A stretch of DNA of 64,000 bases from Laetmonice hystrix (taxonomy: Eukaryota), in assembly GCA_965235115.1 (NCBI GenBank), contig OZ249436.1, positions 33,544,001-33,608,000 of the forward strand, read 5' to 3'. The translations under genes were made by a program, and so were the position numbers. Positions 1 through 13,639 of the stretch are shown here, in pieces. How positions within the stretch are numbered: position 1 is the first letter of the stretch; each line of letters begins with the position of its first letter. The notes below the pieces were generated by a model, which had not been told where the DNA came from, did not search any database, and saw nothing but the letters and a program-made list of their open reading frames with translations.

Positions 1-770
1 TAACAGACTCTCTTATCATTGAATATAATTGATTGAGTGAGAGATAATTATGTATCCTCCAATATGGTCATTTCACAGAATTTTCGAATTGTATACTTTA
101 GAATGGAATATTTATTGTATAGAACAGTCGTATCGGAGAAAATCATAATACGAACAGAAGAAACCCTTTCATGATTTAAAAGGCGGCATCGGCAGTCTAT
201 CCATTTTCGCTCACATTGTAGAAGTGATACATTTACCCACACGAAGATTAGGATTTATGGAGATTCCTATATACCCGATGTGGAAATCTTGATAGCGAGA
301 TTAAATTGCGTTTTATATCTTCATCTGCTGTTCTTCCCTGTATAAGCATCCTACACTATACCACCGAATAAGATCTAGAATTCTCTCTTCCTCCCCGTAT
401 CTCTCCATATTAATTGGGCTGATTTCAAACGGATAAATCAAACAGATTCCCTCCGTCTCTGTTTGCCAGCCCCTCCTCCAGCACGTTCCGGCCTGTCCCA
501 CCGTACTACCTCACCGAGTCTTACCCGCCGAGGCGTAGCTTTCAACGACACGCAATGGTCTCGTTGACAGAGCAGTTATGTCCGCTCACACCTTCTTCAC
601 ACATCCTCCATTTTCTGAACGGATCCCAAGACGTTCACAATTCTGAGGAGGCAATCCAAACAAGCACAAGGGAGCCGTTTGACCGTTGGATGCAGAGACG
701 GCAGTATATAAGCCTTTTGCCACTGAGGTAAAAGAGTCATCTTAAAAAAACGTTAAAAAACATTTTACTT

Positions 771-930
771 CCTGTTCCGGCTAGATACGTCCTAACAGCT
801 AGTTATATCTGATAGATCAGTTAGATGTGTCCGGTACCGGATACATCTAGCTGATATTTGCGGACATATCAATTTCTCCTGATATGTTTGCGGACATATC
901 TCCTATCCGACACAACTAGTCGTTCGGACA
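771..930. mobile_element. Short foldback (MITE-like) element, same family as 17468-17783
   Basis: Starts cctgttccggctagata, as at 17468. Palindromic centre atcagttagatgtgtccggt|accggatacatctagctgat. The right arm is the reverse complement of the left part of the 17468 copy. Confidence 0.7.
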
Positions 931-3900
931 CCCCCCCCCCCCCCCCAAAAAAAGGGGGAGATTGGCCAAGGCCATTGCCCTTCGTCACTAACTCGCTGCT
1001 CAGTAACAAAAAACAAAACAAAAACCGGGCTGAGACTTGACCGTATAACCGTATTGACCGTTTTGTATATAATAGGGCTACTCTACTGGAGTATCTAATG
1101 TTCAGATTTTGCACAGACACGAAAATATATCTGTCAATGGTTGGCTTGCCATCTCTACCTCGACGCAAATTCACGTCACTGGCAATTCCGTTCACTTTGT
1201 CGTTTCGGAACCCGCTTCCGTCGCTTTTAGTGTGCATCCTTCTCTTAGATAGAACATCAAAGGCAACGGATTAAGGCAACGCTCTTTCGATCTATAGTGC
1301 CATAATCAAGGCAAACCACACGAAGGTTAATCGTGGATTGCAGAAAGCCAGCGATGTACTTATGTTTTTACGGTCTTTACGAGCAGGTAAAAACGAATAG
1401 GGTACACTGTAGAAACCACAGATATTCTCTTCTAAAATGCGGTTTTGAGATGGCCTTTTCGAAACAGACCAAAAGGCGAACAACAACAATCATAGTATAG
1501 AGTTGTTTACGATTCTGTTATAGTCACTCTCAACCGATGTGTCGAGCTTCTAATCTGATTATACATAGGAAATTTTCGTTATCCTTGCTACGGTCTTTGT
1601 ATTGCGAATGTCGCATTGGTTCACTGTCGCTTTCGAACAATATAATAGGTAAGTGTACGTGAGCATCACACGCACACTGCATGATTTATGTACATCAATA
1701 AGGGGAAAATGAGTCTGTGGCCTTTAGAGATGCGTTAGGAACCAGTAATAAAGACAGATAACACTAAAATATGAAGGCTGTGGCGTGGGACTATATCTAA
1801 TTTAGAGAGATGCAATCATAATTAGAGAGGTTTTTTTCGAAAAGTCGGATTAGATTAGTCAACGTTAGGAAACACAAATTAATTTTTTTATATCGTGAAA
1901 CATTCTGTGGGCGATGGATGATTGTAACATGTTGACCACCAGTCAGCATTGCGTTATTTATGCCGTATATAGAAAATTGTCCCCAATAGGGATCTTTTTA
2001 CGGTCAGGGATCTAATTAATAGGAGGGGAGATGTCCCCTTCGACTGGGCGAGTGCTCATCGGGGCATGCTCCTGCTGAGTTTGACACAAGGCTGTGAAGA
2101 TAACTTTCATAAAGTTACGGCGGCATGCATAAATGGGTTCCCTCCCTTTATTAAGCAAAAATACATCCGCCTACCCCCTGTTAACTCTCTTACCTTATTG
2201 GATCATAATAGCAGCCTAACTTTTCATTTTTGATATTATCTGTATTTCTTTCTCCCTGGTTTACCCCCCATCCTGATACATAATAACCCATTGGCCGAGA
2301 TTTAAAATTCCAAAGAGCATTTTGATTAAACGGCCTTCGTAACACGTCATTACTCACCAATGCATGGTTTGAGCTGCCTTGAATAACTATTATCTGCATC
2401 TGTATTGGAGTGAAATTATTCAAGAAAGACAAGTTAAGGACACAAAAACAGGCAATCAGGGATTAGCATTCTGCATAATGGTTTCAGCAAATGCAGCAAG
2501 CAAGGTTGTCTAATTGCATCTTGAAGGCAGGACACCTGGGTCCGCGTTAACGACAATAGGGAGAGTGCATATTACATGCTCTCGTGCTCTCTGAGCTGCC
2601 AGAATTATTTAGCTCTCGCTTCGCATTTGCTTTGCACTGTGGCCGCTCCCTGGAGGCAAAACTCCTGTTTCCCCGCTGACTGGCATAGACGGCGGTTATT
2701 GGGGCTTTTCGGTGCTAAATGGCCATAAGCTAAGGCTCCCCGTCCCTCATGGGTATGTGGCGTACCAACGATTGAGGGACCAGCACCTTCAAAATGGTCG
2801 AAGTAGGAAGTGAACGGAAATTACTGTCCTTAGACAGCTCTGCCTGGAATGGTCAATAGGTCGTAGTCTGACTGACGTGCCCCTGGAGTTACGTGCGTGG
2901 ACGCGGAGGGTCGAAGAATGTTCCTCAATCCTTTTTGCATTGCAAATTCTTGAAATGGCGCATGAGGAGAAAACAATTGAGAGCAATGTTCGGCCCCGAG
3001 ACTCAAGAACAAGTTACATGGATGATTGATGTCCTGAGAATAAATAAATGAGATTCAGCGTCATTGGCATCATCGTCGTTAATTGCCACAGGCGTCGTCA
3101 TTGTACAATCATTCAGCTGTGATCGTAAATACGTGGGCCAACTTTACAGCAGCAGATCTACATCATGTACGAAAGTCTTATTTATATTAGGCTACATGGT
3201 TAAAGATTAGGAGTGTCCTTGCAACTCACATGTATTCCCCCAACTTCCAACATATCCGTTAAAACAAAATAAATACCCGAAATCTGCAATTTTGGAAGGG
3301 ATTTTATAAATAGAGCTGCCGACCACCATGCAAAAATTAACAATAACGTATCAATCGTGATTATATCGACATAGGCCTAAAAATCTAAAAATTTGAATAT
3401 AAACAAAGTCAGTCAATAGCGGAATAACGGTAACACTGACTTTATTAAATATTCAGCGATTCTGGCCAAATTAAAGAAGGCAAGGCTCTCTTCTTTCTCA
3501 ATTAGTTTGGGCCGTCTATCAAAATACGTAAGCTAACATAATTCATCACCATGGTAAAGACGTCGGCGGTTTGGTTGATGGATTTATTCTTTACATCCCT
3601 CTCAGGCAGCACAAGAGAATGAGCTATCTGATTCTGAGCATCAGATTTTCCCCCATGGGTCATGGTATAATATATTACCTTGTGTAGGCCTAATAAGAAT
3701 GGCTACCGCGTTCACAGACAAATTTGTCGTTGCCGAGCCCCTCGTAACATGGACCCATAAATCGACGTTCTGGACGGTGTCTCGGTTGGCCTGCCAGTGT
3801 AACTGCTGTCCACACCGTACGTGAAGCTGTAGGTCTCATGGCTTGCATAGATAAACCACCAGTATTGTGGCCTGGCGATCTCCCCCGATACTTCCCTCTA

Positions 3901-5447
3901 CAAAACGGTTTCCACCAAGAAGGTCTTCCCTATCGTAATCATGCACCGGGCCCACTTCCATTTAGCCCGTCGTTCGAAACTTTTGTAGGTCATAGGCGTG
4001 CTTAGCTGAGGAAATCTGTTTGCAAATTGCGTAGCTTATTGTAGCTTAGAGGGGTGAAACCGTTGCGTATAATAGCTGTGCAAAATATGGGCTCATGCCT
4101 TATAAGGTTTATGAAAAATTGCCCATCCTCATAACTTTCAGGTACCCGTTGGATGACCAAAGGAGACATGCATCTGTATTACTCGAGCACGATGGATGGT
4201 GTTTCATAAACATTTAGTTTTCTTGTCGTTCACCTCCTTTCTGGCAGGAATACAGACAATGGATGATAGAGTTTTTTTCTACTCTTACATGGTATTTTTG
4301 CCTTGCCGGAAGCTTCACATGCATGCCGACCGCTGCGAAAGGGCACACAAATGCTGTGCGACATTGTGTGGCCGCGAGTGGAGCATAACGCGCCCCGTTT
4401 CCGGGAACACTGCCCGTTGGAAACGAACATCTATTTCAAACAAACACGCCCGGGGTATATGTCCATCCATGTGCCGATCGAAATCAATGGATTCTGACAG
4501 CTATTGATGATAAAGCTCCCCCAGCATTACGACAGACATAATCGCTGTCCATGTTATTGCATGTGCCAATGAAACAACCAACTCATTTGACCTCTGACAT
4601 TCCTTCCGACACCTTGAGGCTCATTGTGTGACGAGGAATCGATTTGGACTCAAATTCTTCCTCTTTTTTTAAGTTGAAATGAGCATCGGAGTTTGTTCTT
4701 GCAATTAAGATAAACAGGGCGAACGGGTTACAATGATATGTTCGCTTTCAATAATAAAGTTTGGGTCAAATTACTTATTCGAACCATTCTTATTTAATAC
4801 ATGAATATACAGATTACCTTAGGAGATTCCTTTAATAAGATGCTTATGAGATTATTAAGATTACCCCATGCATGTAGTCATATAGCAATATAACAAGACT
4901 TTTTAAATAGAACCTAACTATGGAATCGTACTGATGTGTTGCCCTCGGAAGATAAAGGCTAACGACCCTTTTCACTTTAAACTGAATAATTTATTTGTAG
5001 TTTAGAAACCCTTTGGTGGAAGGATAGCACAGACGCGAACGTCAGGTATAAGGTTTTCATTTTTTAGGGGTTGCATGTGTACATTAACAGTTTCGAATGA
5101 CCAGTCGGACCAACAGAACAGTCCGTCCGACACTGCCAGAGTCAGTTTCACTTCAGCCTGAGTATCCATTGCCAGTACAAGTATCAAGGAATCATGTATG
5201 CAAGGTTGTTTCATTATATCGCCATACTCGTCAAACCGTTCATATTCTTTTTATCTCGCATTTATTTTTGCATCAGTTAAAATAAATACAGTGTGCAAAC
5301 ACCAGGCATCATGCCTGTTTGCTATGTTACTGACAACAATTTACGCGATAAATCTACGTTGTGTTGGGGGGGGGGGGGTCCATAATAATCATCGCCTAAA
5401 GTCGGCAGAATCCAGAACTAGGGCCGTCGGCGGCCATATGCAGGCAA

Positions 5448-6040
5448 ATGGATGTGATCCACTTGCGTTGCGATGGCTTCCGCGCGTCTACAATTTTTTC
5501 TCTCTTGGAAGCTTCGGAAGTACGTAAAAGTGCTCGTAAGGCCACGTAATGAATCGTAGGCTTGCGTAACCCGCGTAAGCACTTGTAAGAAAATCGAAAA
5601 GCGTAATCCCCTTGTAGGGTCTTAAGAGCTCTCCCGATTGTCAGAGGACACCAAAATGGAGCCCGATGAGGTCGCACTAATTGCCCTCACCTTCGCTTTT
5701 TTGGCCGAAGGTGAGGAACAAGAAATGGAAGAAGATTTTGGGTTCGCTTTAGACTATCTGCGTTCTTCCGAGTGCTTACGAACTCTTTTGCATCTTCTGA
5801 TATCTTACGCGAGGCCACGCGCTTTATGCACTCTTCCGATAATATCTAACATTTTTGATCTGCTAGCTCGTAAGGAGGTCCCGAGAGCGCTCTGGCACTC
5901 GTAAGACGTCGGAAACTCTCGGAACACTCGTGAACGTTCGTAATGCGTGATTCACTTTGGATTTTTTTTCCTCGGAAGAGCTCGTAAGACCGCGCAAGAG
6001 GTGAATCGGAAGCATCGCAACGCAAGTGGATCACGTCCAT
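5448..6040. mobile_element. Non-autonomous DNA transposon (MITE), about 30-bp TIRs, Harbinger-like
   Basis: atggatgtgatccacttgcgttgcgatg ... catcgcaacgcaagtggatcacgtccat inverted termini and repeated internal cgtaag/cttacg motifs. TSD unclear. Confidence 0.75.
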
Positions 6041-6224
6041 ATTATAGTCAGGGGAGGGGCTTCTATCAAGGGACAGTGGCGTATCCAGGATTGGTCGGAG
6101 GGGAGGGGGAGTTCAAAAGATTGGTCTGGGGGGAGTTCCAAACGTTGCAAATGATCAACTTGTTATCATGTTATTGCCAGGGCGGGGGGGGGGGGGGTGT
6201 CCGGGCACCCCCTCCCCCCATGAG

Positions 6225-6840
6225 TGTTTCCACCAGCGTCGACGTCGGCTGATCGTCAAAGTAGAAGTGATTCAAACGCCGACGTTGACACCGACGCAAA
6301 AGCTTGGTGAAAACACGGGCTAGGCCGGGTTTCCACCAAGCTTTTGCGTCGGCGTCGGCGTCAGCGTTTCATCTGGCGTTCGAATGTTGGTATCTGAGCT
6401 TGGAATTTCACATTCCCACGATATAGGGGCCTAGTAACTTATTTTTGCACTGGGTAATAACTTAATTTTGCATTTAGGGCAACTAATCAAATTCGTACCA
6501 TCTACATTCACCTCAAGTTCCGCTCTTATTGCTTCTCATATGTTTCCTTTAACGTCACAGTCGCTGTGGTCCCGTCCGGTTTTATCGTACAGCGCTGGTC
6601 GTTTCTGTACAGCTTGAATTAACTTTCCTGTGTCGACTGAATTGCTCATTTTCTGGAAGATGAACAAACTTTCTGCACTACGTGCTGAGCAGGCGAGTCC
6701 TCATGAAGTAATGTTCTAAATGTAGCACAGTAGACACCGACGCTGCGCGAAAGCGCGGTGGATTTCTCAACGTAGTTATTTAAACGCCGACGCGGACGCC
6801 ACCGCTGACGCCGACGCAAAAGCTTGGTGGAAACGAGCCC
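6225..6840. mobile_element. Two adjacent copies (short 6225-6320, long 6323-6840) of a MITE with TIR gtttccaccaagcttttgcgtcggcgtc
   Basis: Inverted termini gtttccaccaagcttttgcgtcggcgtc / gacgccgacgcaaaagcttggtggaaac. The degenerate short copy is separated from the long one by ta. Confidence 0.8.
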
Positions 6841-9800
6841 TCCTCCTGCATCCTTTGTGTATAACTAAATGTGTTTCTCTCCTGATGCAGCGCGACACAA
6901 TTCCCAACAGTGAATCGTCTTTTTTCATACCTAGAATGACGGAAAGGGAACTTACTTTTTACTATTCTATCCAGTTTACACTTAATCACCTTCATTTTTT
7001 TTGTTTTACCTCTTAATCTCGATTCTCGTTATATCTGAGTCAACGTTGTCGTGGAGTGCGTTAGAGTGCGCTGGTTTCGTAACTGCACGGCCCCCGCACA
7101 CCAAGGCGCCTGTCATTAAGTAGGCCTAACGATTCGTCGTTAGGAGACAGCCACGCATGCTACAGACGGGATATTGATCGTACAGAATATCCAGGTCATA
7201 TTTCTCATTCATATCCATAGACGGGCTATCTGCAAGCTTCGCGGGGGCCCTTGCTTAATTACTCCTTCAGGAGGCACGTACATGACCTTATTCATTGCAA
7301 GCCGGATCCGATGGACCCACCATACGCCGCATCATTTGTAAGTGTCCATCTCAAAGAGTGTGGATTATGTCGGCAGCTTTGTGTAATGCAAGTGTAAAGG
7401 GATGGGGGTTTATGGGAGGTTGGTGGGATCTCTAACCCGTCCGGCGTGCGGGGAGAAGGGCGGCAAATGTGCGAGTGTGTTTACGGGGAAGACGAGGTGG
7501 ACATTCACAGGAGTGGCTTTAACACCGATAAAGAAAGCGTTGTTTAAAAAAGATTAAGAAATACCGTCAGGACTTTATCACATACATGGCAAGCATTCGA
7601 ATTATGGGCGATAATAGACCTCGGATGTTATTACCTTCGATAGCACTGGCTCATATATACAACACAGCTTAACATCCTTGATTTAGTTGAATGTGAGCTG
7701 AAGTTTCACAGACGTTTTTAAAAGCGGAAGAAGAAAAAGAAGAAAGAAGAAGAAAGCAAGGAATTGCCACCATGTTAATAACAACCTGAGTATTTTATGT
7801 GCCTCTGTTTGCCAAAAAAATACCTCATCATTTTTCGAGTGGCAAAGATATTTTTCGTTGCATAAAACCGGGCGGCAGACTATATTGGTCAACGAATAAC
7901 AACCCTGCTTGTTTAAATACAGTATACAAGAATGGTATCGAAGACATACTATAATGACATGTCTAACAATATAACACTCGGGAAGAATATGGGCATACTT
8001 CCACTTAGTCTTTTGTGAATAAGCACAACGAGCGAGTCCTCAGGTGGCTATCACTGTTCTCTGGATTACCTGCTAAATCAGATGAGGACAAACGAATCTG
8101 TGGTTTTTGACAGCCGGAAGACGGGGATCACCTGTCGTCGTATTATCTGTAAAGAGTTTAGTAAATTTATGTCCTACCGGCGTTTCCAGAGTACACTGTG
8201 CATCTAAACACAGTTTAAAGCATACAGAATGATGCATTTTGTCATTAAAGTGGACACTTTATGAAGTCATTCAAAAGCAGATGGCAATGCATAGAGTCGG
8301 ACTTGTATAACACGAACGGAGAGAAGGTCGTCAATATTAATAAGTTAATGCAGAAAATTTAGAACTTTCCAAAAGAACACATCAGCTACCTAGTTTAACA
8401 CAGACGATATTCATTCTCATTAGCATCTCATTAACATCGTGAGGACCCGGGAAAAAATAGGTTCTCTAGCCACTTTTTTTCAAGTTTCACCATTCTCGCT
8501 GTGAATAGTTCCTTGCCGATACGGTATGATACCACCAACTCTCTTTTCTCTCCTCTTCTCGGCCCCTCTCTCTCTATTTTGCTCTCCCTCGCTCTCTCTG
8601 CTCATTGAAGGCCACGGCAGCTGCAAGAAATTACTATTACCGGAGTTCGACAGGACAGATAATTTTGAGAAGGAGCTCGAAACAGCTAAATAGGAAACCA
8701 TTGCTAAAGGCATTGCTATAACGCAAGAACTGATGGCAGTTCTCCCGAAAAAAGACACTCTTTAAAGGGGCTAATGACGCCACTTATAACACTTGAGCTA
8801 CTTAATATTAAAAGCGTTCCTTCTACTCTTCTATTGAAACGGGTCAGTGCGATGGAGGTACCATTAGACATTTTAGTACTTACGTTAAAAAAGAGCAGGA
8901 ATAACGTACACAGCTAAATAGCATGCTGGCAGATGTGTTTTCTTGTGCAGCAGGTCTGGCCGATTTTGCTCTAGGCCTGTGTACATAACATTTCTGTCAT
9001 TTATCATTTCTTTGAGTATCCATTATTGATTTATGTAGGCCTAGTTTAGGGCCTTATCTAACCTAACAGCCCATGTCTGCATTTTGAAATGAGAGATACT
9101 CGCTGATAGCTTTAAAGGGGCACAATTTTTTCAACTGACTTCGCGTTTTTCTTATATGATAGCGTAAAGAGGACCGGAATGAATATTTCTACCCTGAAAT
9201 TCATTACTTAAGCATTGCACAGGGGGCGTGGCCTCAAGTGACCCTGTTGGAAGTTATGCCCTTTCTCGGCCAAGACAACAGTTTTCACCCAAACTTTTTA
9301 TGCTCTGCATTTAACTATAGAATGCCTCACAAAAAATTCAAAAGCCGTTCGAAAGTGCGATTCTTCCAATTGTGCCTTTTCAAGCATAAAATACATTTTA
9401 CTGGCCCCGCGGCCGATGAGCCGAGGACAGCGCCAGTTCAAAAGTTCCGTTAGATTTTGAAATAGTGGACCCAAAGCAATTTATTTCTAATAGGGAATGG
9501 GCGGAAATTGGCTTAAATCTGCGAACTCTATCGTGCCGAGATGCATTTCTTAATTTTTTTAAAACAAAATGGTTGTTATAGAATTCCTACATGGTATGGA
9601 GTCAGTGTTGGGGGGGGGGGAGGGTGCTTCGTGTACGAAAGTAGGGTCATCTTCTGGGTGAATCGAACCATGAGAAATGATTTATTCGAAATGCTACATT
9701 TTATTTTCCGGAAAAATGTATTCCATAGACTTCATTATTGACAAGTCAATTCTTGACATCAGTTAAAACAACAAACACCATGAAGTGTGAAAACATTCAA

Positions 9801-9933
9801 GACATACCTTACACCTTCTGACTTTTCATGCCGAGAAGTTCAAATTTCAATATGGGTACACCTACTGCTGCATCTATATCGCAATGCCGCCAACATTATG
9901 GTCAGCAATTTCAGGGCAATATAATGTAGAACC

Positions 9934-9939
9934 TTTATT
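9934..9939 (-). promoter_or_regulatory. Candidate polyadenylation signal AATAAA for paralog A
   Basis: tttatt on the plus strand, 3 nt after the TGA stop. Usage not verifiable from sequence. Confidence 0.35.
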
Positions 9940-9942
9940 TCC

Positions 9943-10930
9943 TCATAGGTCATTGATACTTCTGGAGGTACGTATAAAGTCAAAGGTACCTAATACCAAG
10001 ACACCCATACAGATAGTTACGTAACCCGAAATCTCAAGCCATGAACCTTGGCCCGGCAATAAGCCCTCAATGCCGACGTTCTGTAAGATGAAGCCCAGTA
10101 CGATCGACAATGTGAGCACTAAAGATGTTGATAGGGGCGTCATGAATGATAGAGAGCAGAATATTCCCACGAATCCGACTAAATCGCAGAAAGACATCCC
10201 AAGTAAGAGCAAGAATTCCGAGTACGTCGATGGCCATACCGGCTCTTCAAAGTAAAACATCAACACCGTCAAGGTCGGGACAGAAAACACTGCAAGGAAA
10301 CTGACTTGAACAATAGGATCGACATCGTCTAATGGACCTGCCACGATGGCTGTTTCAACAGCATCAAGGACACCTCCTGCAATGGCAAACCCATAACCAA
10401 TCATATATCCTGTCCCGGACGACACAAGGGTCGCCAGAAATCCTTCTCCAGTAAATCCATTGTTTGTGTCATTGTTAGAGTTGTTCCTGTTGTCATTAAA
10501 AATGTCCTGACATGTAAAGGTATTGCAACGAGTACCCAAGGGCTCGTGGTGTGTGCCATTTGATAATCCCTGTTCTTGTTGGTGAAAGAGAGTTGGATCG
10601 CACAAGAGAAGAAACACTATGCCCACTATAACTATTAACAATGCCACCACCTTGACAAGTCCGATGCGCTCGTTTATCCAAAAACGAGCCAACAGAGCCA
10701 CAACGATTATGTGAACACCTTCTGGCAGCGCGGCACTGGTCCCGAGTGGGAGTAACAGAGATCCGATGTAGTATGAAATTTGTGTCAGATTTGTAACGAG
10801 AAGAAAAATTGGCGCCCAGGCCCAGACTGTGGGGCTGTATTGCAGAGGTGTGCGTCGTTTCCATAGTAGAAACAGAAGGACATGATGTGTACTGCATCGG
10901 ATGGCGTTCACCTGAAAGACTGGCAACTTC
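9943..10930 (-). CDS. SLC35G: EamA/DMT-fold transporter, SLC35G-like paralog A, last (major) coding exon
   Basis: Long hydrophobic ORF with about 9 TM segments and motifs FWINERIG and YFEEPVWP. Strong acceptor (minus strand TTTCTTTTTATCTTTTCAG|G) at 10931/10930, at the same position as in paralog B. Phase 2 fits the upstream exon (GG|G = Gly). The ORF-track N-terminus (10931-11052) is intronic. Symbol is family-level only. Confidence 0.85.
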
Positions 10931-11435
10931 CTGAAAAGATAAAAAGAAACGGCATGCCTCATAATGTTCTCGACACAGGGCCCTATTTGTTGACCAGGAA
11001 TTGACTTGAAAAGCCAATGAAATCCATCGGTTGATCGCCCGATGAAATTCATTGGCTGTTCAACTCAATGCCAGGTCAAATATTTTGTCAACAACCAGCC
11101 ATAAGGCGATGGCTTTATAGTGACTGGAATGTTGAATTTCATAAGATCTTTCCATTTGTGTGGGTAAACACTTATTGATTTGTGTAGTCAGGTCTTTTCA
11201 AACTTAACACCCCATGTCTACATTTAGAGTCATTGGAATGAGAGATACTTGGTGATTGCTTTTAAGTAAGAAAATCCCTTGGAAAAGTCGCCGTGACTCT
11301 TGTTGGCTTTCATATAGGCCTAATAGAGGCGCAGGAATTATGTACACGTCGTACAATGCTTCAGTTTTCTACTTTGACTGCCACGGACCATTTTATAATC
11401 AGGGAATCAACAGATGTTTCTATGTCTATAAACTA

Positions 11436-11936
11436 GGCCTTACACACAATTGCTATGGTCTGAATTCCGAGTGCTTCGTGTGCTTCGTGTGCTTCGTGTG
11501 ACGTAACTGGGATCTACAAGCTCGGTCGGGAAGGTCGTTGACAGATCTTTGGAAACCGTTGCCCAATCGCCGTTGAACGTGGCAATTCGTAGCTATAGAT
11601 CTTCGGGTTGTCATTATTTCATCACGATTCATCACGACTTAAAATAAATTTCAGATCTTGATAGAACAGCACTGGGACTGAGGCTTTTATATATACGAGT
11701 CGTGCCGAGTTATGCCGAGTGGGCCCAAATTTTGAGCATGTTCAAAAAATGTTGGCCGCCCTCACGATCTACCACGAATACCCCGAGTTGTCAAGAGTGT
11801 ACTCGATTACTATTACGAGTTTTCACGACTTTTACCAAGACTTTCAACGAGTTAACTCGTGAGGTAACTCGGCATCAAACTCGGCAAAGTGGGAGACCTG
11901 CTGAGACGGATCGCACGACAGTGGGAACCTAGCATA
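11436..11936. mobile_element. Degenerate Harbinger-like MITE fragments in the intron of paralog A
   Basis: cacga/ccga-rich sequence with the internal palindrome tttgagcatgttcaaa (compare tttgaacatgttcaaa in the 20831 MITE), terminal-like gtgggaacctagcat and actgaggctt motifs, and (gtgcttcgt)3. Confidence 0.45.
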
Positions 11937-11963
11937 AGCAGTCTCCTACTTTGCCGAGTTTGG

Positions 11964-12172
11964 GTTGGGGGGAAACCATGGTTTCCCGATGGAAAACAGG
12001 GCTTCGGGTGGCAAAGCCATGTTTTCCTAAAATTACCTTGTTTTTCCAAGGGAAAACAGGGGTTTGACCGGAAACCACGGTTTTACTGGGAACCCATGGT
12101 TTCCCAGCGGGAAAACAATGTTTTCTGTAGGGAAACCATGGTTTCCCCGAGAAAAAACAATGTTTCCCCAAC
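11964..12172. repeat. Foldback repeat built of GGAAACCATGGTTTCC palindromic units
   Basis: Termini gttggggggaaac / gtttccccaac, with several internal ggaaaccatggtttccc and ggaaaaca units. Confidence 0.7.
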
Positions 12173-13171
12173 TTAAAACTTACTGACCGAAGTCGAGGTG
12201 TACGTATTTTTTTGAATTTATAAAATGGTAGACTATATGGCGACGACATAACTTTTTCCAATGCTCATGCGCATATATACCTAATGTTCAAAGTGATACC
12301 GTCAACAATATACTTTTGTTGCCGTATCAGGGCACATTATGTGCATGATTTTTGTATTTCTAACAAAGTCAAAGATAGATAGCTTTACGACATAATGGAT
12401 ACACTGAAATGCCCCTTGCACCCGGTCCCTATGGTGTAGGCCGATACCGCTTTATATAAAATATAAAAGAGAACACCACATGACAATTTTACCTGAAAGC
12501 GCTATAGTCTATCATGGGACATTAATTTTATTCGAATGGTTGGGCTTGCTTCAAAACACGGCTGTCCAAATTTTGTGGCAAATTTGCGCACTGTAACTAT
12601 TCACCCCAGCAAATTAGCAGCTATTTTGTAAGAAGTGGGATGAGAGTAGGCGGCAGAGGTGTTGGGAAAGAGATGTTTAAGAATAATCTGTTGAAATTAA
12701 AGTTAAACTGCCAAACTGTATGGCGTTATATATATACGGTATAATACTCAATAATTTTTTTTATTCAATGAGAGATTTTTAAAATATTTATTTTATTACA
12801 TTCAGTGTTTGAATATTCTTTATGTGATATTATAATTTTTATGCAAAGTCAATGTCTGGTCATTATCTTATCTCTGTCGGATCGCATTCGCGAGAATCGG
12901 GACGCTGTCGGGACAGATTCAGTCGTATTTTACCATGCGAAAGATACAAATCGGATCAGAATCGGATTGAGAACGGGATAATCGGGACGAATTTGGCTGG
13001 AAATCGGGACGCTTCCTGAAAAATATCTGATTATTGTCGTGATGAAATAAATGGGTTTACAAATCACAGCCACGAATCACAGGATCTTGATTCGACTTTT
13101 GACATATTTTAATCGGGCATGGTCCTATCAAGGACGGCAGTAAAAATCCTGAATGTGTGACTGAGGCTTAA

Positions 13172-13639
13172 AGGGAAAGGTGAGTATTCGAGGAGTTCAA
13201 AGAAACAAAAAAAATCATATGTCACCGATTTAATTTTTTTAAAACAGGCCTCCATACAAAATGGTTCTTTACTCTAGGTTTCAATGGGAAAAACGGGATT
13301 TTCAGACATTTTGACTAATAGTTAAAAAACGACCACAGATTTTCTCCTCACACTCGGTGACAAGATAAAGTGGATCAGGACTAGTAGTTTAAAAAAAATT
13401 GGGGGTCACCGAATTTTAAAAAAAAAGTTACAGCCTGCCAAACAGTCATTGCCTTGGTAAAACACGGGTCTTAACTATAGCATTCAATGGAGTAGATTTC
13501 CACATCAAACTAGTTGACTGCATAAATGCGCCTAACATTTTTCTGTTAAAGCTCACTACGCAGCGCTTTGAACACTCACATTTCCCCAGCAGTACCAACG
13601 CGACTCACTACGCGGCGCTTTGAACACTCACATTTCCCT
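13172..13639. mobile_element. Kolobok-like MITE with TTAA target-site duplication
   Basis: ttaa|agggaaaggtgagtattcga ... ttgaacactcacatttccct|ttaa. The right terminal ~37 bp are locally duplicated (13551-13588). Confidence 0.75.

Noticed and set aside
10931..11052. N-terminal part of the 369-aa ORF-track protein
   Set aside because: Lies upstream of a strong splice acceptor conserved in the paralog; intronic read-through.
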